From an uncultured Clostridia bacterium (GTDB taxonomy: Bacteria > Bacillota > Clostridia > Christensenellales > Aristaeellaceae): a stretch of DNA of 33,442 bases. A program made the position numbers and the translations under genes. The notes below the pieces were generated by a model that worked only from the letters and a program-made list of their open reading frames with translations, did no database searches and was not told the DNA's origin. Of this stretch, positions 25,340 through 33,442 are shown piece after piece (the first letter of the stretch is position 1; every line of letters starts with the position of its first letter). Location of the stretch: the NCBI GenBank assembly GCA_934643535.1, contig CAKUCE010000001.1:1-33442 (forward strand), in the 5' to 3' direction.

Positions 25340-26818
25340 TTAGTTGCCGCTGGCGGTCAGAAGCTCGATCACGCTGGAAGGCAGCTTGCTCAGCACGGTG
25401 TAAAGCACCTGAGTGGCGTTGGTGCTGATGGAGGTGATATAATCGGTGCATTCTTCGTCGCTCATCTGCAGGGGCTGCAGGGCGGTCTCCGCCGTGGCGG
25501 CCTCGATGGCCTTCAGGGCGCTGTCGTCGGCGTTCTCCGTCGTCTTGAGGCGCAGGGAGAACAGGGGACGCTCGGAGGCGGCCAGCTCGGTCAGGGCCAC
25601 CGCGTTTTCCCGGACATAGAGGGCCATCACCCGGTCGGTGCTGTCGCCCTCCACGGAGGCGGCGTAGGTGAAGGTAACCTGGGTTTCATCCGCCAGCAGG
25701 GCCAGCCACCCGTCGGCCTTGCCGTCCGCGACGGTCAGCACGCCCTTGACGGTCAGTATGGGCTTTTCCTTGCCGTCGTCCACTTCGTTCATCGCGCCGT
25801 CCAGCGTATAGGAGCCGTCCTCCTCGGTCAGCACGAAGGCCAGATCGGCTTCGGTTTCGCCGTCCTCGCCCAGCATCATGGTGGCGCTGTGATTCACAAC
25901 GCCGTCCTTCGTCAGGCGGTTGTAGGCGGCGGTCATCTGGACGCTTTCCCTTTCGGTTTCGCCGTCGTCGTCCGTCACGGTCATGGCGGAATCCATGGTC
26001 ATTTCCAGCGCCACCAGATGGCTGTCGTCGGCATACAGGGTCATGACCACGTCCATTTTTTCCATGTTGTCCATAGCCTTTTTCAGCTCGGCGGCGGCTT
26101 CTTCCCCGGTCATGGAGCCGGAATTGGTCAGAATCTTCTGAACGGTGGAGCTGCTTTGCAGCTTGGCCACGTCGTCCTTGGTCTGGGTGATCTTTATGCT
26201 CTGGGTGGCGGGATCGTGAGCGTCGCTGGTGAAGCTGCCCTCGGTGATCTCCGCCCGATCCAGAATGCCCAGCACGTAGTCCAGCATGGCCGGGTCGTCG
26301 CCGTAGAGCTTCTGGAGCTGCTCGCGCAACTCGTCGCTCTTCAGCTCGGCGGGCGGGGTGAGGGAGGGATCGGCCAGCGCCATCCCCTTCAGCTCGCTCA
26401 TCATACCGGCCTGGCTGAAAAGATGGGCGATCATGGGCTTGATCTGGTTCAGCGTCTCCTGAGTCATGCCCTCCTCGGCGGAGGCCAGCTGGGTCAGCAC
26501 CTGACCGATGTCCTCGGCGGAGGCGTAGACGGGCTTGTCGCCCAGAAGGGCGCTGTCCAGATACAGTCCGTCGCCGGTCATGCGGGCGGCGGCGCTGAAC
26601 ACGTCCTCGCCGGACAGGTTCAGCGTCAGCATTCCGCTGTTTTCGCCCTGCAGAAGGCGCAGGGTCAGCACATCGCACAGATCCATCACCGCAGGCACGG
26701 AGGCCATGTCGTCGCCGGGGATCAGCTGAACGCTGTATTCGGTGGCGGCCGTGGCGCTCAGGGGCAGCAGGGCGCACAGCAGCGCCAGAAGGATGGCCAG
26801 CAGCTTGGTTTGTTTCAT
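25340..26818 (-). CDS. Secreted protein of unknown function (acidic, Thr/Ser/Asp-rich)
   Basis: 492-aa ORF with AAAGGAG 9 nt upstream. It has the signal peptide MKQTKLLAILLALLCALLPLSATA/AT. I recognise no family motif. Confidence 0.8.
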   Translation of the reverse strand: MKQTKLLAILLALLCALLPLSATAATEYSVQLIPGDDMASVPAVMDLCDVLTLRLLQGENSGMLTLNLSGEDVFSAAARMTGDGLYLDSALLGDKPVYASAEDIGQVLTQLASAEEGMTQETLNQIKPMIAHLFSQAGMMSELKGMALADPSLTPPAELKSDELREQLQKLYGDDPAMLDYVLGILDRAEITEGSFTSDAHDPATQSIKITQTKDDVAKLQSSSTVQKILTNSGSMTGEEAAAELKKAMDNMEKMDVVMTLYADDSHLVALEMTMDSAMTVTDDDGETERESVQMTAAYNRLTKDGVVNHSATMMLGEDGETEADLAFVLTEEDGSYTLDGAMNEVDDGKEKPILTVKGVLTVADGKADGWLALLADETQVTFTYAASVEGDSTDRVMALYVRENAVALTELAASERPLFSLRLKTTENADDSALKAIEAATAETALQPLQMSDEECTDYITSISTNATQVLYTVLSKLPSSVIELLTASGN

Positions 26819-27010
26819 GTTGGTTTTCTCCTTTCAATGGCCGTCTGGGACGGTTCATTTCAACCGCTTTCATCATACAACATTCAGAGGCTTTTGTCAT
26901 GTGTTTTGAACCGAAAACCGGCAAATGGAGTGTAAAACCTTCCTTTTGGGGGCTGAATGCTCCGGCGCAGGAGAAAAACAGGGTAAATTCTGGATAATCC
27001 GCCGTCTGTA

Positions 27011-27019
27011 TGCTATACT
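27011..27019 (+). promoter_or_regulatory. Putative extended -10 (TGCTATACT) of the dapF-dapL operon
   Basis: It lies 24 nt upstream of the dapF ATG, implying a very short leader. The -35 is poor. Confidence 0.45.
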
Positions 27020-27042
27020 AGCCAGGATAAGGGAGGGATGAT

Positions 27043-27879
27043 ATGCGCTTTACCAAAATGGAAGGCATCGGAAACGACTATATTTATATCAACGGTCTGG
27101 AAGAAACCGTTGCCGACCCGGCGGCCCTGAGCGTCCGGATGAGCCGTCTTCATTTTGGCTGCGGCTCTGACGGGCTGATCCTGATCCTGCCCAGCGACAA
27201 GGCGGATTTTCGCATGCAGATGTTCAATAACGACGGCAGCGAAAGCGAAATGTGCGGCAATGGCATCCGCTGCGTGGCCAAATACTGCCACGACCGTGGA
27301 CTGACGGACAAAACCGACCTGACCATTGAAACGGGTGCGGGGGTGAAGCGCCTGCAGCTGAATGTGGAAAATGGGCAAACGGTCAGTGTGCGGGTGGATA
27401 TGGGCCTGCCGGAGCTGAACGGCCGGAAGATCCCCACGGCGCTGGACGGCGGGCCCATCGTCGGCCACGTGCTGTCCGCCAACGGACATGAATACCCCTG
27501 CACCTTTGTCAGCATGGGCAATCCTCATGCCGTCACCTTTGTGGACGACCCCGACACGGCTCCCGTGACCACGGACGGCCCGGTGCTGGAGCGCGACCCC
27601 GTCTTTCCCCGAAAGGCCAATATTGAATTTGTACAGGTGATCGACCCCACCCACGTGAAAATGCGGGTCTGGGAGCGGGGCACCGGCGAGACGCTGGCCT
27701 GCGGCACGGGAGCCAGCGCGGTAATGGTGGCCTGCGTGCTGAACGGCCTGACGGAACGCCATGCGGAGATCGCCCTGCCCGGCGGCAAACTGAATTTGGA
27801 GTGGAACGAGCAGGATGGCCACGTCTACATGACAGGCCCCGCTACGTTCGTGTATGACGGCCAGTGGCTGCAGGACTGA
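27043..27879 (+). CDS. dapF: Diaminopimelate epimerase
   Basis: 278 aa with GGGAGGG upstream. Contains KMEGIGNDYIYI and both catalytic Cys motifs (MCGNGIRC and ACGTGASA). Confidence 0.95.
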   Translation: MRFTKMEGIGNDYIYINGLEETVADPAALSVRMSRLHFGCGSDGLILILPSDKADFRMQMFNNDGSESEMCGNGIRCVAKYCHDRGLTDKTDLTIETGAGVKRLQLNVENGQTVSVRVDMGLPELNGRKIPTALDGGPIVGHVLSANGHEYPCTFVSMGNPHAVTFVDDPDTAPVTTDGPVLERDPVFPRKANIEFVQVIDPTHVKMRVWERGTGETLACGTGASAVMVACVLNGLTERHAEIALPGGKLNLEWNEQDGHVYMTGPATFVYDGQWLQD

Positions 27880-27977
27880 GCCGTCCGCCCGAAATGCAGA
27901 AAACGGGCCTTGTTCCCTGAAAAGCCAGCGCAGGGCAGCGCCTTGCAGATGACGACCGACGAAGGAGGAACCAAACC

Positions 27978-29192
27978 ATGCTGAAGGTGAATCCCCATTA
28001 TGAAAAGCTCCCCGGCAGCTATCTCTTTGCGGAGATCGCCCGCCGGGTAAAGGAATACGGACAGGAGCATCCTGACGCGCAGCTGATCCGTCTGGGCATT
28101 GGCGATGTGACCCGCCCGCTGGCCCCCACCGTGGTGGAGGCCATGGAGAAAGCGGCCCGGGAAATGGGCCGGGCCGAGACCTTTCGGGGCTACGGCCCGG
28201 ATTACGGCTATGATTTTCTGATTCAGGCCATTCTGGACAACGACTACAAAGGATTGGACATTCAGGCGGACGAGGTGTTCGTCTCCGATGGCGCCAAGTG
28301 CGACGTATCCAACGTGCAGGAGCTTTTCTCCGACGACGCGGTGGTGGCCGTCACCGACCCGGTCTATCCCGTGTATGTGGATTCCAACGCCATGGCGGGC
28401 CGGGCGGGAACCTACGTTCACGACCGCTGGGACCGGCTGTGCTATCTGCCCTGCACGGCGGAGAACGGTTTTGTGCCGCCCCTGCCCGACCGGCCGGTGG
28501 ATGTGATCTACCTCTGCTACCCCAATAACCCCACGGGCACGGTGCTGACCAAAGAGCAGCTGAAGCCCTTTGTGGAATACGCGAAGGCCAATGGAGCCAT
28601 CATTGTGTATGACGCGGCCTACAAAGCCTTCATCACCAGCGGCGCGCCCCGGAGCATCTACGAGGTGGAGGGGGCGAAGGACGTTGCCATCGAGTGCTGC
28701 AGCTATTCCAAGACCGCCGGCTTCACCGGCACCCGCTGCGGCTTCATGGTCATCCCCCATGGAGTGAAGGGCATTGGCGGGCAGGGTCAGTCTGTGGAGC
28801 TGAACACCATGTGGAAGCGCCGCATGGGCAGCAAGTTCAACGGGGTCAGCTATCCCATTCAGCGGGCCGCCGAGGCGGTCTATTCAAAGGACGGCTGGGG
28901 CCAGTGCATGGAGAGCATCCGCTATTATCTGCGCAATGCGCAGGTGATCCGGGAAGGGCTGGAAAAGGCGGGTTACACCGTATTCGGCGGCGTGGATGCG
29001 CCCTACATCTGGATGAAGACCCCCGATCATATGGACAGCTGGGACTTCTTCGATCTGCTGCTGAACCGTTATCATGTGGTAGGCACGCCCGGCGCGGGCT
29101 TCGGTCCCTGCGGCGAAGGTTACTTCCGGCTGACGGCTTTCAACACGCTGGAAAAGACGCAGGAAGCCGTGGAGAGGATCGTCCGGGGATAA
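27978..29192 (+). CDS. dapL: LL-diaminopimelate aminotransferase
   Basis: 404 aa with GAAGGAGG upstream. Has the N-terminus typical of DapL ([20 protein letters not shown].......[11 protein letters not shown]) and the [10 protein letters not shown] lysine motif. Confidence 0.88.
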   Translation: MLKVNPHYEKLPGSYLFAEIARRVKEYGQEHPDAQLIRLGIGDVTRPLAPTVVEAMEKAAREMGRAETFRGYGPDYGYDFLIQAILDNDYKGLDIQADEVFVSDGAKCDVSNVQELFSDDAVVAVTDPVYPVYVDSNAMAGRAGTYVHDRWDRLCYLPCTAENGFVPPLPDRPVDVIYLCYPNNPTGTVLTKEQLKPFVEYAKANGAIIVYDAAYKAFITSGAPRSIYEVEGAKDVAIECCSYSKTAGFTGTRCGFMVIPHGVKGIGGQGQSVELNTMWKRRMGSKFNGVSYPIQRAAEAVYSKDGWGQCMESIRYYLRNAQVIREGLEKAGYTVFGGVDAPYIWMKTPDHMDSWDFFDLLLNRYHVVGTPGAGFGPCGEGYFRLTAFNTLEKTQEAVERIVRG

Positions 29193-29346
29193 CCCCCTTT
29201 CTTCCATAAAAGAAAAGAGCTTGGAGGCTCGCTCATGGGTCAGGCGGCGAGCGCCGCTGCCCGGGGCGAAAATCAAAGCTCTTTTTTCGTTGGCCCGGGC
29301 CGGACTTTCGGACCGGGCACATCTGCGCCTTCCCTTTTTGACGAAC

Positions 29347-29380
29347 CAAAAGAAGCGCCCGAAGGCGCTTCTTTCTTTTG
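29347..29380. terminator. Bidirectional terminator between the convergent dapL and solute-binding-protein genes
   Basis: aaa-agaagcgcc-cgaa-ggcgcttct-ttcttttgg, with an A-run upstream and a T-run downstream. Confidence 0.8.
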
Positions 29381-29393
29381 GGATTTGTTCAGA

Positions 29394-31013
29394 TCATTCG
29401 CCGACGATCAGAGCGTAGGCTTCGGTGCCCTGGTCGATGATATCCTGCAGACCGCGGCCCTTGAGTTCTTCGTACTTGGCGAAGAAGTCGTCCACGGACA
29501 GCTGGCCGGCCACGCACTGGTCACGCAGGGCGCAAACGCCGGAGGTGATCAGTTCCGCGCGGTATTCCACATACGCTTCGGTCTCCAGGGTCGGAGGCAT
29601 GGCGTAGTACTTGCCGTCGTTGACGCCGTGCTCGTTCAGGCCGTCATAGAAGGACTTGCGGGGAACGGTCAGTTCGTCCACGGTCTTGCCGGAGAACACG
29701 CACTGCATGAAGGCGTCGTTCTGCCAGTTGCCGCCGACGGGCTCGAATTCCATACCCAGGGTACGGTAATCGTTGAAGCCAGCCGCAGTGATTTCAGGGT
29801 TGATGACGGGGCTGCCGTCCACCATGGTGTAGGTGTAGCCTTCGATGCCGTAGTTGTACAGCATAACGCCCTCGTCAGAGAACATCCAGTTCCAGAACTT
29901 CAGGATGTCTTCCACCTTGCCGTCGGCTTCCGCCTTGGCGGTGATGCACCAGTTGCCAGTGATGCCCTGGCGCTTCTGGATCCACTGGTCGCCGTAGGGG
30001 CCGGTGATGGGGGCGCAGGTCAGGTACAGGCCGTCTTCCACGCCGTTGGCGATCAGAGTCTCGGAGTGCACAGCGCACTGCTCGGCCCAGGTGAACACGG
30101 TGCCGGCCAGGTTGCCGGACATGGTGTTGTACATGTCAGCCTGATAGCGGGTAGCGAATTCCTGGTCGATGATCTTGTCAGCGTAGAGCTGCTGCATTTC
30201 GGTGATGAATTCGCGATAGCGGGGATGCTCGTACACCATGGTGTAGGTGCCGTCATCCAGCACGCAGAACTGACCATCGTTGGAAGCCTTGATGCCGAAG
30301 GCGTTCAGCAGGGCGTGCAGGGAACGCTCGCCGTTCTGGCCCATTTCCAGCACGATCGGGATCTCGTCGGTGGTGTCGCCGTTGCCGTTCATGTCGTTGT
30401 CACGAACGCCGTACCAGTAGGCTTTCCACTGCTCCCAGGTGGTGGGAACGTCCATATTCAGCTTGTCCAGCCAGTCCTTGCGGACGGCGGTGGACTGGGA
30501 ACCGGGCACGTTCACGATGGTGGGGATGGTGTAGAAGTGACCATCGGCGGCTTTCCAGTCAGCGAAACGCTCTTCGCCAACGGCGGCCACGATGTTGGGG
30601 ATCAGATCCAGATAGTCGTCCAGAGCCACGATGGCGCCTTCGTTGGCCAGAGCGGCAACGCCGTAGGTACCGGGCCGGATCAGGTAGGGCAGGTTGTCCA
30701 CGCCGCCAGCCAGAGCGGTCGCGATCTGGGTGTTCCAGTCGGAGTCAGGACGCCAGTCCACCTGCAGATGGACGTTGGTGTACTTCTCGACGGTGGGCAG
30801 ATAGTAGCAGCCGTCGAATTCGGTGGGATACTGGTTGAAGTGGATGCCCAGAGCCGTAATGGTCAGGGGCTCATCCAGATGGAACGTCTCGGAAGGAGCG
30901 ATTTCGATGTCCTTCCACCAGCCGTCCGCCATTCCGCCGACCGTATCCGCCATCGCGGAGGTCAGGGACAGCAGCATGACGAGAGCCAAAGCGAGAGATA
31001 CCAGTTTCTTCAT
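29394..31013 (-). CDS. Extracellular solute-binding protein of a carbohydrate ABC transporter (large LplA-type, family 1)
   Basis: 539 aa with AAGGAGG 8 nt upstream. It has the signal sequence MKKLVSLALALVMLLSLTSAMA. Its size and its position next to two LplB/LplC-type permeases support the call. Confidence 0.8.
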   Translation of the reverse strand: MKKLVSLALALVMLLSLTSAMADTVGGMADGWWKDIEIAPSETFHLDEPLTITALGIHFNQYPTEFDGCYYLPTVEKYTNVHLQVDWRPDSDWNTQIATALAGGVDNLPYLIRPGTYGVAALANEGAIVALDDYLDLIPNIVAAVGEERFADWKAADGHFYTIPTIVNVPGSQSTAVRKDWLDKLNMDVPTTWEQWKAYWYGVRDNDMNGNGDTTDEIPIVLEMGQNGERSLHALLNAFGIKASNDGQFCVLDDGTYTMVYEHPRYREFITEMQQLYADKIIDQEFATRYQADMYNTMSGNLAGTVFTWAEQCAVHSETLIANGVEDGLYLTCAPITGPYGDQWIQKRQGITGNWCITAKAEADGKVEDILKFWNWMFSDEGVMLYNYGIEGYTYTMVDGSPVINPEITAAGFNDYRTLGMEFEPVGGNWQNDAFMQCVFSGKTVDELTVPRKSFYDGLNEHGVNDGKYYAMPPTLETEAYVEYRAELITSGVCALRDQCVAGQLSVDDFFAKYEELKGRGLQDIIDQGTEAYALIVGE

Positions 31014-31080
31014 GCGTAGTTCCTCCTTTTATTTTTCCTTCACAGCGCCTTGACGCTGGTAAGAACAGAGTTGCGGCAGA

Positions 31081-32019
31081 TCAGCCCTTCACCGAGCCCA
31101 GCATGACGCCGGACACGAAGAACTTCTGCAGGAAGGGATACAGCACCAGCATGGGAACCATGGAAACCACCAGCACGCCGTTTTTCAGCTGCTGGCTCAG
31201 CGCGGCGACACCCTTGTTGGTGGCGTCGTTGACGGAGGCCAGATTGGAGGTGGAGGTCTCGGCGTTCAGCACCAGCTCCTTCAGGAAGAGCTGCAGGGTC
31301 TTATGCTCCTGGCTGTGGATCAAAACCAACGGGTTCAGGTAGTCGTTCCAGTGGCCCACGATCAGCCACAGGGCCACGGTGGCCAGCACGGGCTTGGACA
31401 GCGGAATCACCAGTTGGAACAGGATGCGGTAGTCGGTCGCGCCGTCGATGCGGGCGGATTCGATCACCGAGAAGGGAATGGACGAGAAGTAGCTGCGGAT
31501 AATCACCACATTATATGCGGTGATCATGGAGTTCAGAATCAGCGCCCACAGGCTGTCGTACAGGCCCAGGGAGCGGATGGTCAGGAACAGCGGCACGATA
31601 CCGGCGTTGAACCACATGGTGAACATGATGATGATGACGTAGAGCTTCTTGCCGTAGAAGTTGCCGTAGGCCATGGGATAGGCGGCCACGCAGGTGCCGA
31701 TCAGGCCCAGCACGCAGCCCACGATGGCCACGTAGAAGCTGTTGAAAGCGGCCCGCCACAGGTCGGAATTGCCGAAGATGGCGGTGTAGGCCTGCGGGTT
31801 GTAGCCGATGGGGTAGAAGGTGACTTCCGCGGCCAGCACGGCCTTGTCATCGGACAGGGAGATCGACACCACGTTGAAGACCGGGAACAGGAAGAAGCAC
31901 AGCAGGATCAGCATCAGGACGATGTTGACCACATTGAAAACCTTCTCCCCCGTGGAGCGCTTGATAAAATCCTGATCGTGACGGTGTTTCTTTTGTTTCG
32001 GGATGGAAATGGTGGACAT
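31081..32019 (-). CDS. Carbohydrate ABC transporter permease (LplC/MalG-like)
   Basis: 312 aa with AAAGGAG 8 nt upstream. It has six hydrophobic segments and the EAA-loop region ESARIDGATDYRILFQLVIPLSKP. Confidence 0.88.
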   Translation of the reverse strand: MSTISIPKQKKHRHDQDFIKRSTGEKVFNVVNIVLMLILLCFFLFPVFNVVSISLSDDKAVLAAEVTFYPIGYNPQAYTAIFGNSDLWRAAFNSFYVAIVGCVLGLIGTCVAAYPMAYGNFYGKKLYVIIIMFTMWFNAGIVPLFLTIRSLGLYDSLWALILNSMITAYNVVIIRSYFSSIPFSVIESARIDGATDYRILFQLVIPLSKPVLATVALWLIVGHWNDYLNPLVLIHSQEHKTLQLFLKELVLNAETSTSNLASVNDATNKGVAALSQQLKNGVLVVSMVPMLVLYPFLQKFFVSGVMLGSVKG

Positions 32020-32037
32020 AGTGCGCGCTCCTTTCTG

Positions 32038-32991
32038 TCAGAATAGAGAGGTTTCGGAAACCTTGCGGCTGACGGTGTTGGCGATCAGCACCAGAATGAC
32101 GGAGATCACGGAGTTGAACAGACCGCCGGCGGTAGCCAGACCGTACTTCTGGCTGATCATACCGGTCTTGTACACGTAGGTGGGCAGCATTTCCGATACC
32201 TGAAGGTTCAGCGTATTCTGTAGCAGATAGATCTTGTCGAACACGCAGTTGAGCAGCTGGCCGATCTGCATGATGAGCAGCAGGATAAAGGTGGGCATGA
32301 TGCAGGGGATGGTCACGTGCAGGATCTGCTTCCAGCGGTTGGCACCGTCGATGCGGGCCGCCTCGTAGAGGCAGTGGTCGATGCCGGTGATGGCGGAAAT
32401 GTAGATGACCGCGTTCCAGCCGGTCCCCTGCCAGAGGCCGGAGATAATGTTGATGGCGTAGAAGTAGTCCGGGTTGCCCATGAAGTTCACCGGGGTCAGG
32501 CCCATACTCTTGTAGATCTTCGCCAGCACACCCAGGGAGGGGGAACAGATGGTGTTGATCATGGAGACTAGAACCACGGTGGAGATGAAGTGGGGCAGAT
32601 AGGAAACGGTCTGGACGATCTTCTTGTAGGGCGCGCTGTGAATTTCATTCAGCAGAATGGCGAACACCAGCGGCGCGGGGAAGACGATGGCCAGAGACAG
32701 CAGGTTCAGCGACAGGGTGTTTTTGATGTACTGCCACAGATCGGGGCTGGACAAAAGGCGCTCGAACCATTTCAGGCCGACGTACTTGGAGCCTTCAAAG
32801 CCCTTGAGCAGCTTGTAGTCGTAGAAGGCGGCCCGCAGGAAGTACATGGGCATGTACTTGAAAAGGATCATGTACGCCAGTACCGGGATGACCATCATGT
32901 AGATGTAGCGGTTCTGCCAGATCCGGTTTGCCACATGCTTGCGGGAGGGGGCAAAGCTGGGAGCGGGCTTTTGAAGTTTGACGGAACTCAA
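32038..32991 (-). CDS. Carbohydrate ABC transporter permease (LplB/MalF-like)
   Basis: I chose the TTG at 32991 (AAAGGAG 8 nt upstream), giving 317 aa that begin (M)SSVKLQKPAP...NRYIYMMVIPVLAYMILFKYMPMY. The EAA loop is EAARIDGANRWKQILHVTIP. The tracked 379-aa ORF extends through the leader without support. Confidence 0.82.
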   Translation of the reverse strand: MSSVKLQKPAPSFAPSRKHVANRIWQNRYIYMMVIPVLAYMILFKYMPMYFLRAAFYDYKLLKGFEGSKYVGLKWFERLLSSPDLWQYIKNTLSLNLLSLAIVFPAPLVFAILLNEIHSAPYKKIVQTVSYLPHFISTVVLVSMINTICSPSLGVLAKIYKSMGLTPVNFMGNPDYFYAINIISGLWQGTGWNAVIYISAITGIDHCLYEAARIDGANRWKQILHVTIPCIMPTFILLLIMQIGQLLNCVFDKIYLLQNTLNLQVSEMLPTYVYKTGMISQKYGLATAGGLFNSVISVILVLIANTVSRKVSETSLF

Positions 32992-33045
32992 GGCAAGGGC
33001 TCCTTTCCGTATGAAAAATAAAAAAAGAAACGTCTTGCTTTTCAA

Positions 33046-33081
33046 CCTCTTTCCCATCAAACCGGTTTGATGGAAAAGAGG
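33046..33081. promoter_or_regulatory. 36-nt near-perfect palindrome in the 5' leader of the ABC operon (operator or RNA hairpin)
   Basis: cctctttcccatcaaacc|ggtttgatggaaaagagg with a single mismatch. The core catcaaaccggtttgatg is perfect. It lies between the predicted promoter (33145-33173) and the start at 32991. Confidence 0.6.
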
Positions 33082-33144
33082 AAAAGCAGTCTGGCTTTGG
33101 AAACCCATTCGAATGAAACAAACTGTTCTTTCGTCTGTATGGTA

Positions 33145-33173
33145 ATTATAACAACTTTCCCCGGCAGATGCAA
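33145..33173 (-). promoter_or_regulatory. Promoter of the sugar ABC operon (TTGCAT-17-TGTTATAAT)
   Basis: On the minus strand the -35 is at 33173-33168 and the -10 at 33150-33145, with a TG extension. It uses the same TTGCAT -35 as the rpsB promoter. Confidence 0.65.
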
Positions 33174-33442
33174 GCACCTTTCACAAAGAAACTGCAATTT
33201 GTGCCGGGAATGGCCGTTTGGTTGCCAGAGTTTCCATGTACCCTGATTATAGCAGGTTGATAAATAGTTGTCAACGGTGAATTTTGGAATTTGAACAAAA
33301 CTTTTCTTCTCAACGAGAAACAGCCCTGTGCCGAAACGGCATAGGGCTTAGACTGTCGAAAAATCCCTTCGGGAGAGTTGTCAGAGGGGCCTCAGCCCTT
33401 TTCGGCCCGCGCCGCAACGCGGCGTGGGCTTCGGCTCTGCGG

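Noticed and set aside
446-28760. Other long antisense or alternative-frame ORFs: 446-1516, 9907-11016, 11104-12024, 18527-19627, 19869-20729, 21359-22549, 22437-23291, 23349-24755, 25889-26935, 27013-27822, 27825-28760
   Set aside because: Each lies opposite to, or out of frame with, a gene that has clear motifs or RBS support. Their compositions are the typical R/G/A/P/H-rich products of GC-biased non-coding frames.
29235-31019. 594-aa ORF antisense to the solute-binding-protein gene
   Set aside because: An antisense artefact. The minus-strand frame has a signal peptide, a strong RBS and operon context.
33256-33275. Inverted repeat gttga-N10-tcaac upstream of the ABC operon promoter as a regulator site
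   Set aside because: The arms are only 5 bp in an AT-rich region, so this could easily arise by chance.
33322-33442. GC-rich hairpins at the right window edge (agccctgtgccg-aaa-cggcatagggct, cgccgc-aac-gcggcg) as further members of the repeat family at 1-227
   Set aside because: Only a 9-mer (catagggct) is shared with the left-edge region, which is too short to claim homology. They may simply be terminators of a gene beyond the window.

Overview
This is a visibly GC-rich chromosomal segment from a Gram-positive, Clostridia-like bacterium. That assignment is an inference from GGAGG-type ribosome-binding sites, extended -10 promoters (TGnTATAAT / TGnTATACT), a dapF-dapL lysine route and a Re-citrate-synthase-like gene. 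I support 23 solid CDSs, one doubtful small ORF and two gene fragments. I found no tRNA, rRNA, CRISPR array, integrase or transposase.

Gene order, left to right:
- A minus-strand cluster: LMW phosphotyrosine phosphatase, SCP2-domain protein, an 896-aa proline-rich membrane protein ending in a sortase-B-like domain, and a DUF1015 protein.
- An M18 aminopeptidase.
- A divergent AraC regulator and GH42 beta-galactosidase.
- A 776-aa secreted protein with C-terminal SH3b-like segments.
- An aminotransferase plus Re-citrate-synthase-like operon.
- A wrecked ABC/GldG/DUF4340 operon.
- rpsB-tsf, a 523-nt structured spacer, then pyrH-argS-trmH-like.
- A secreted 492-aa protein followed by a 645-aa polytopic membrane protein, both of unknown function.
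- dapF-dapL.
- A minus-strand LplABC-type sugar ABC uptake operon.

Most noteworthy observations:
1. The sortase-like domain has non-catalytic residues where sortase B has its catalytic His and Cys. It is fused to about 580 aa of disordered P/E/A-rich sequence.
2. A deletion/replacement scar sits in the ABC operon. The ATPase is cut inside its Walker A motif. The permease and most of the GldG-like gene are gone. In their place is a ~265-nt lower-GC fragment with a truncated small ORF and a bidirectional terminator.
3. Two different families of multi-hairpin direct repeats occur, at 1-227 and in the tsf-pyrH spacer.
4. A 36-nt near-perfect palindrome lies in the leader of the sugar ABC operon.
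5. The secreted-protein/membrane-protein pair is separated by an internal hairpin.

The many long ORFs antisense to real genes are treated as GC-bias artefacts. I see no recognisable defence or mobile system. All calls are by-eye motif recognition without database searches.
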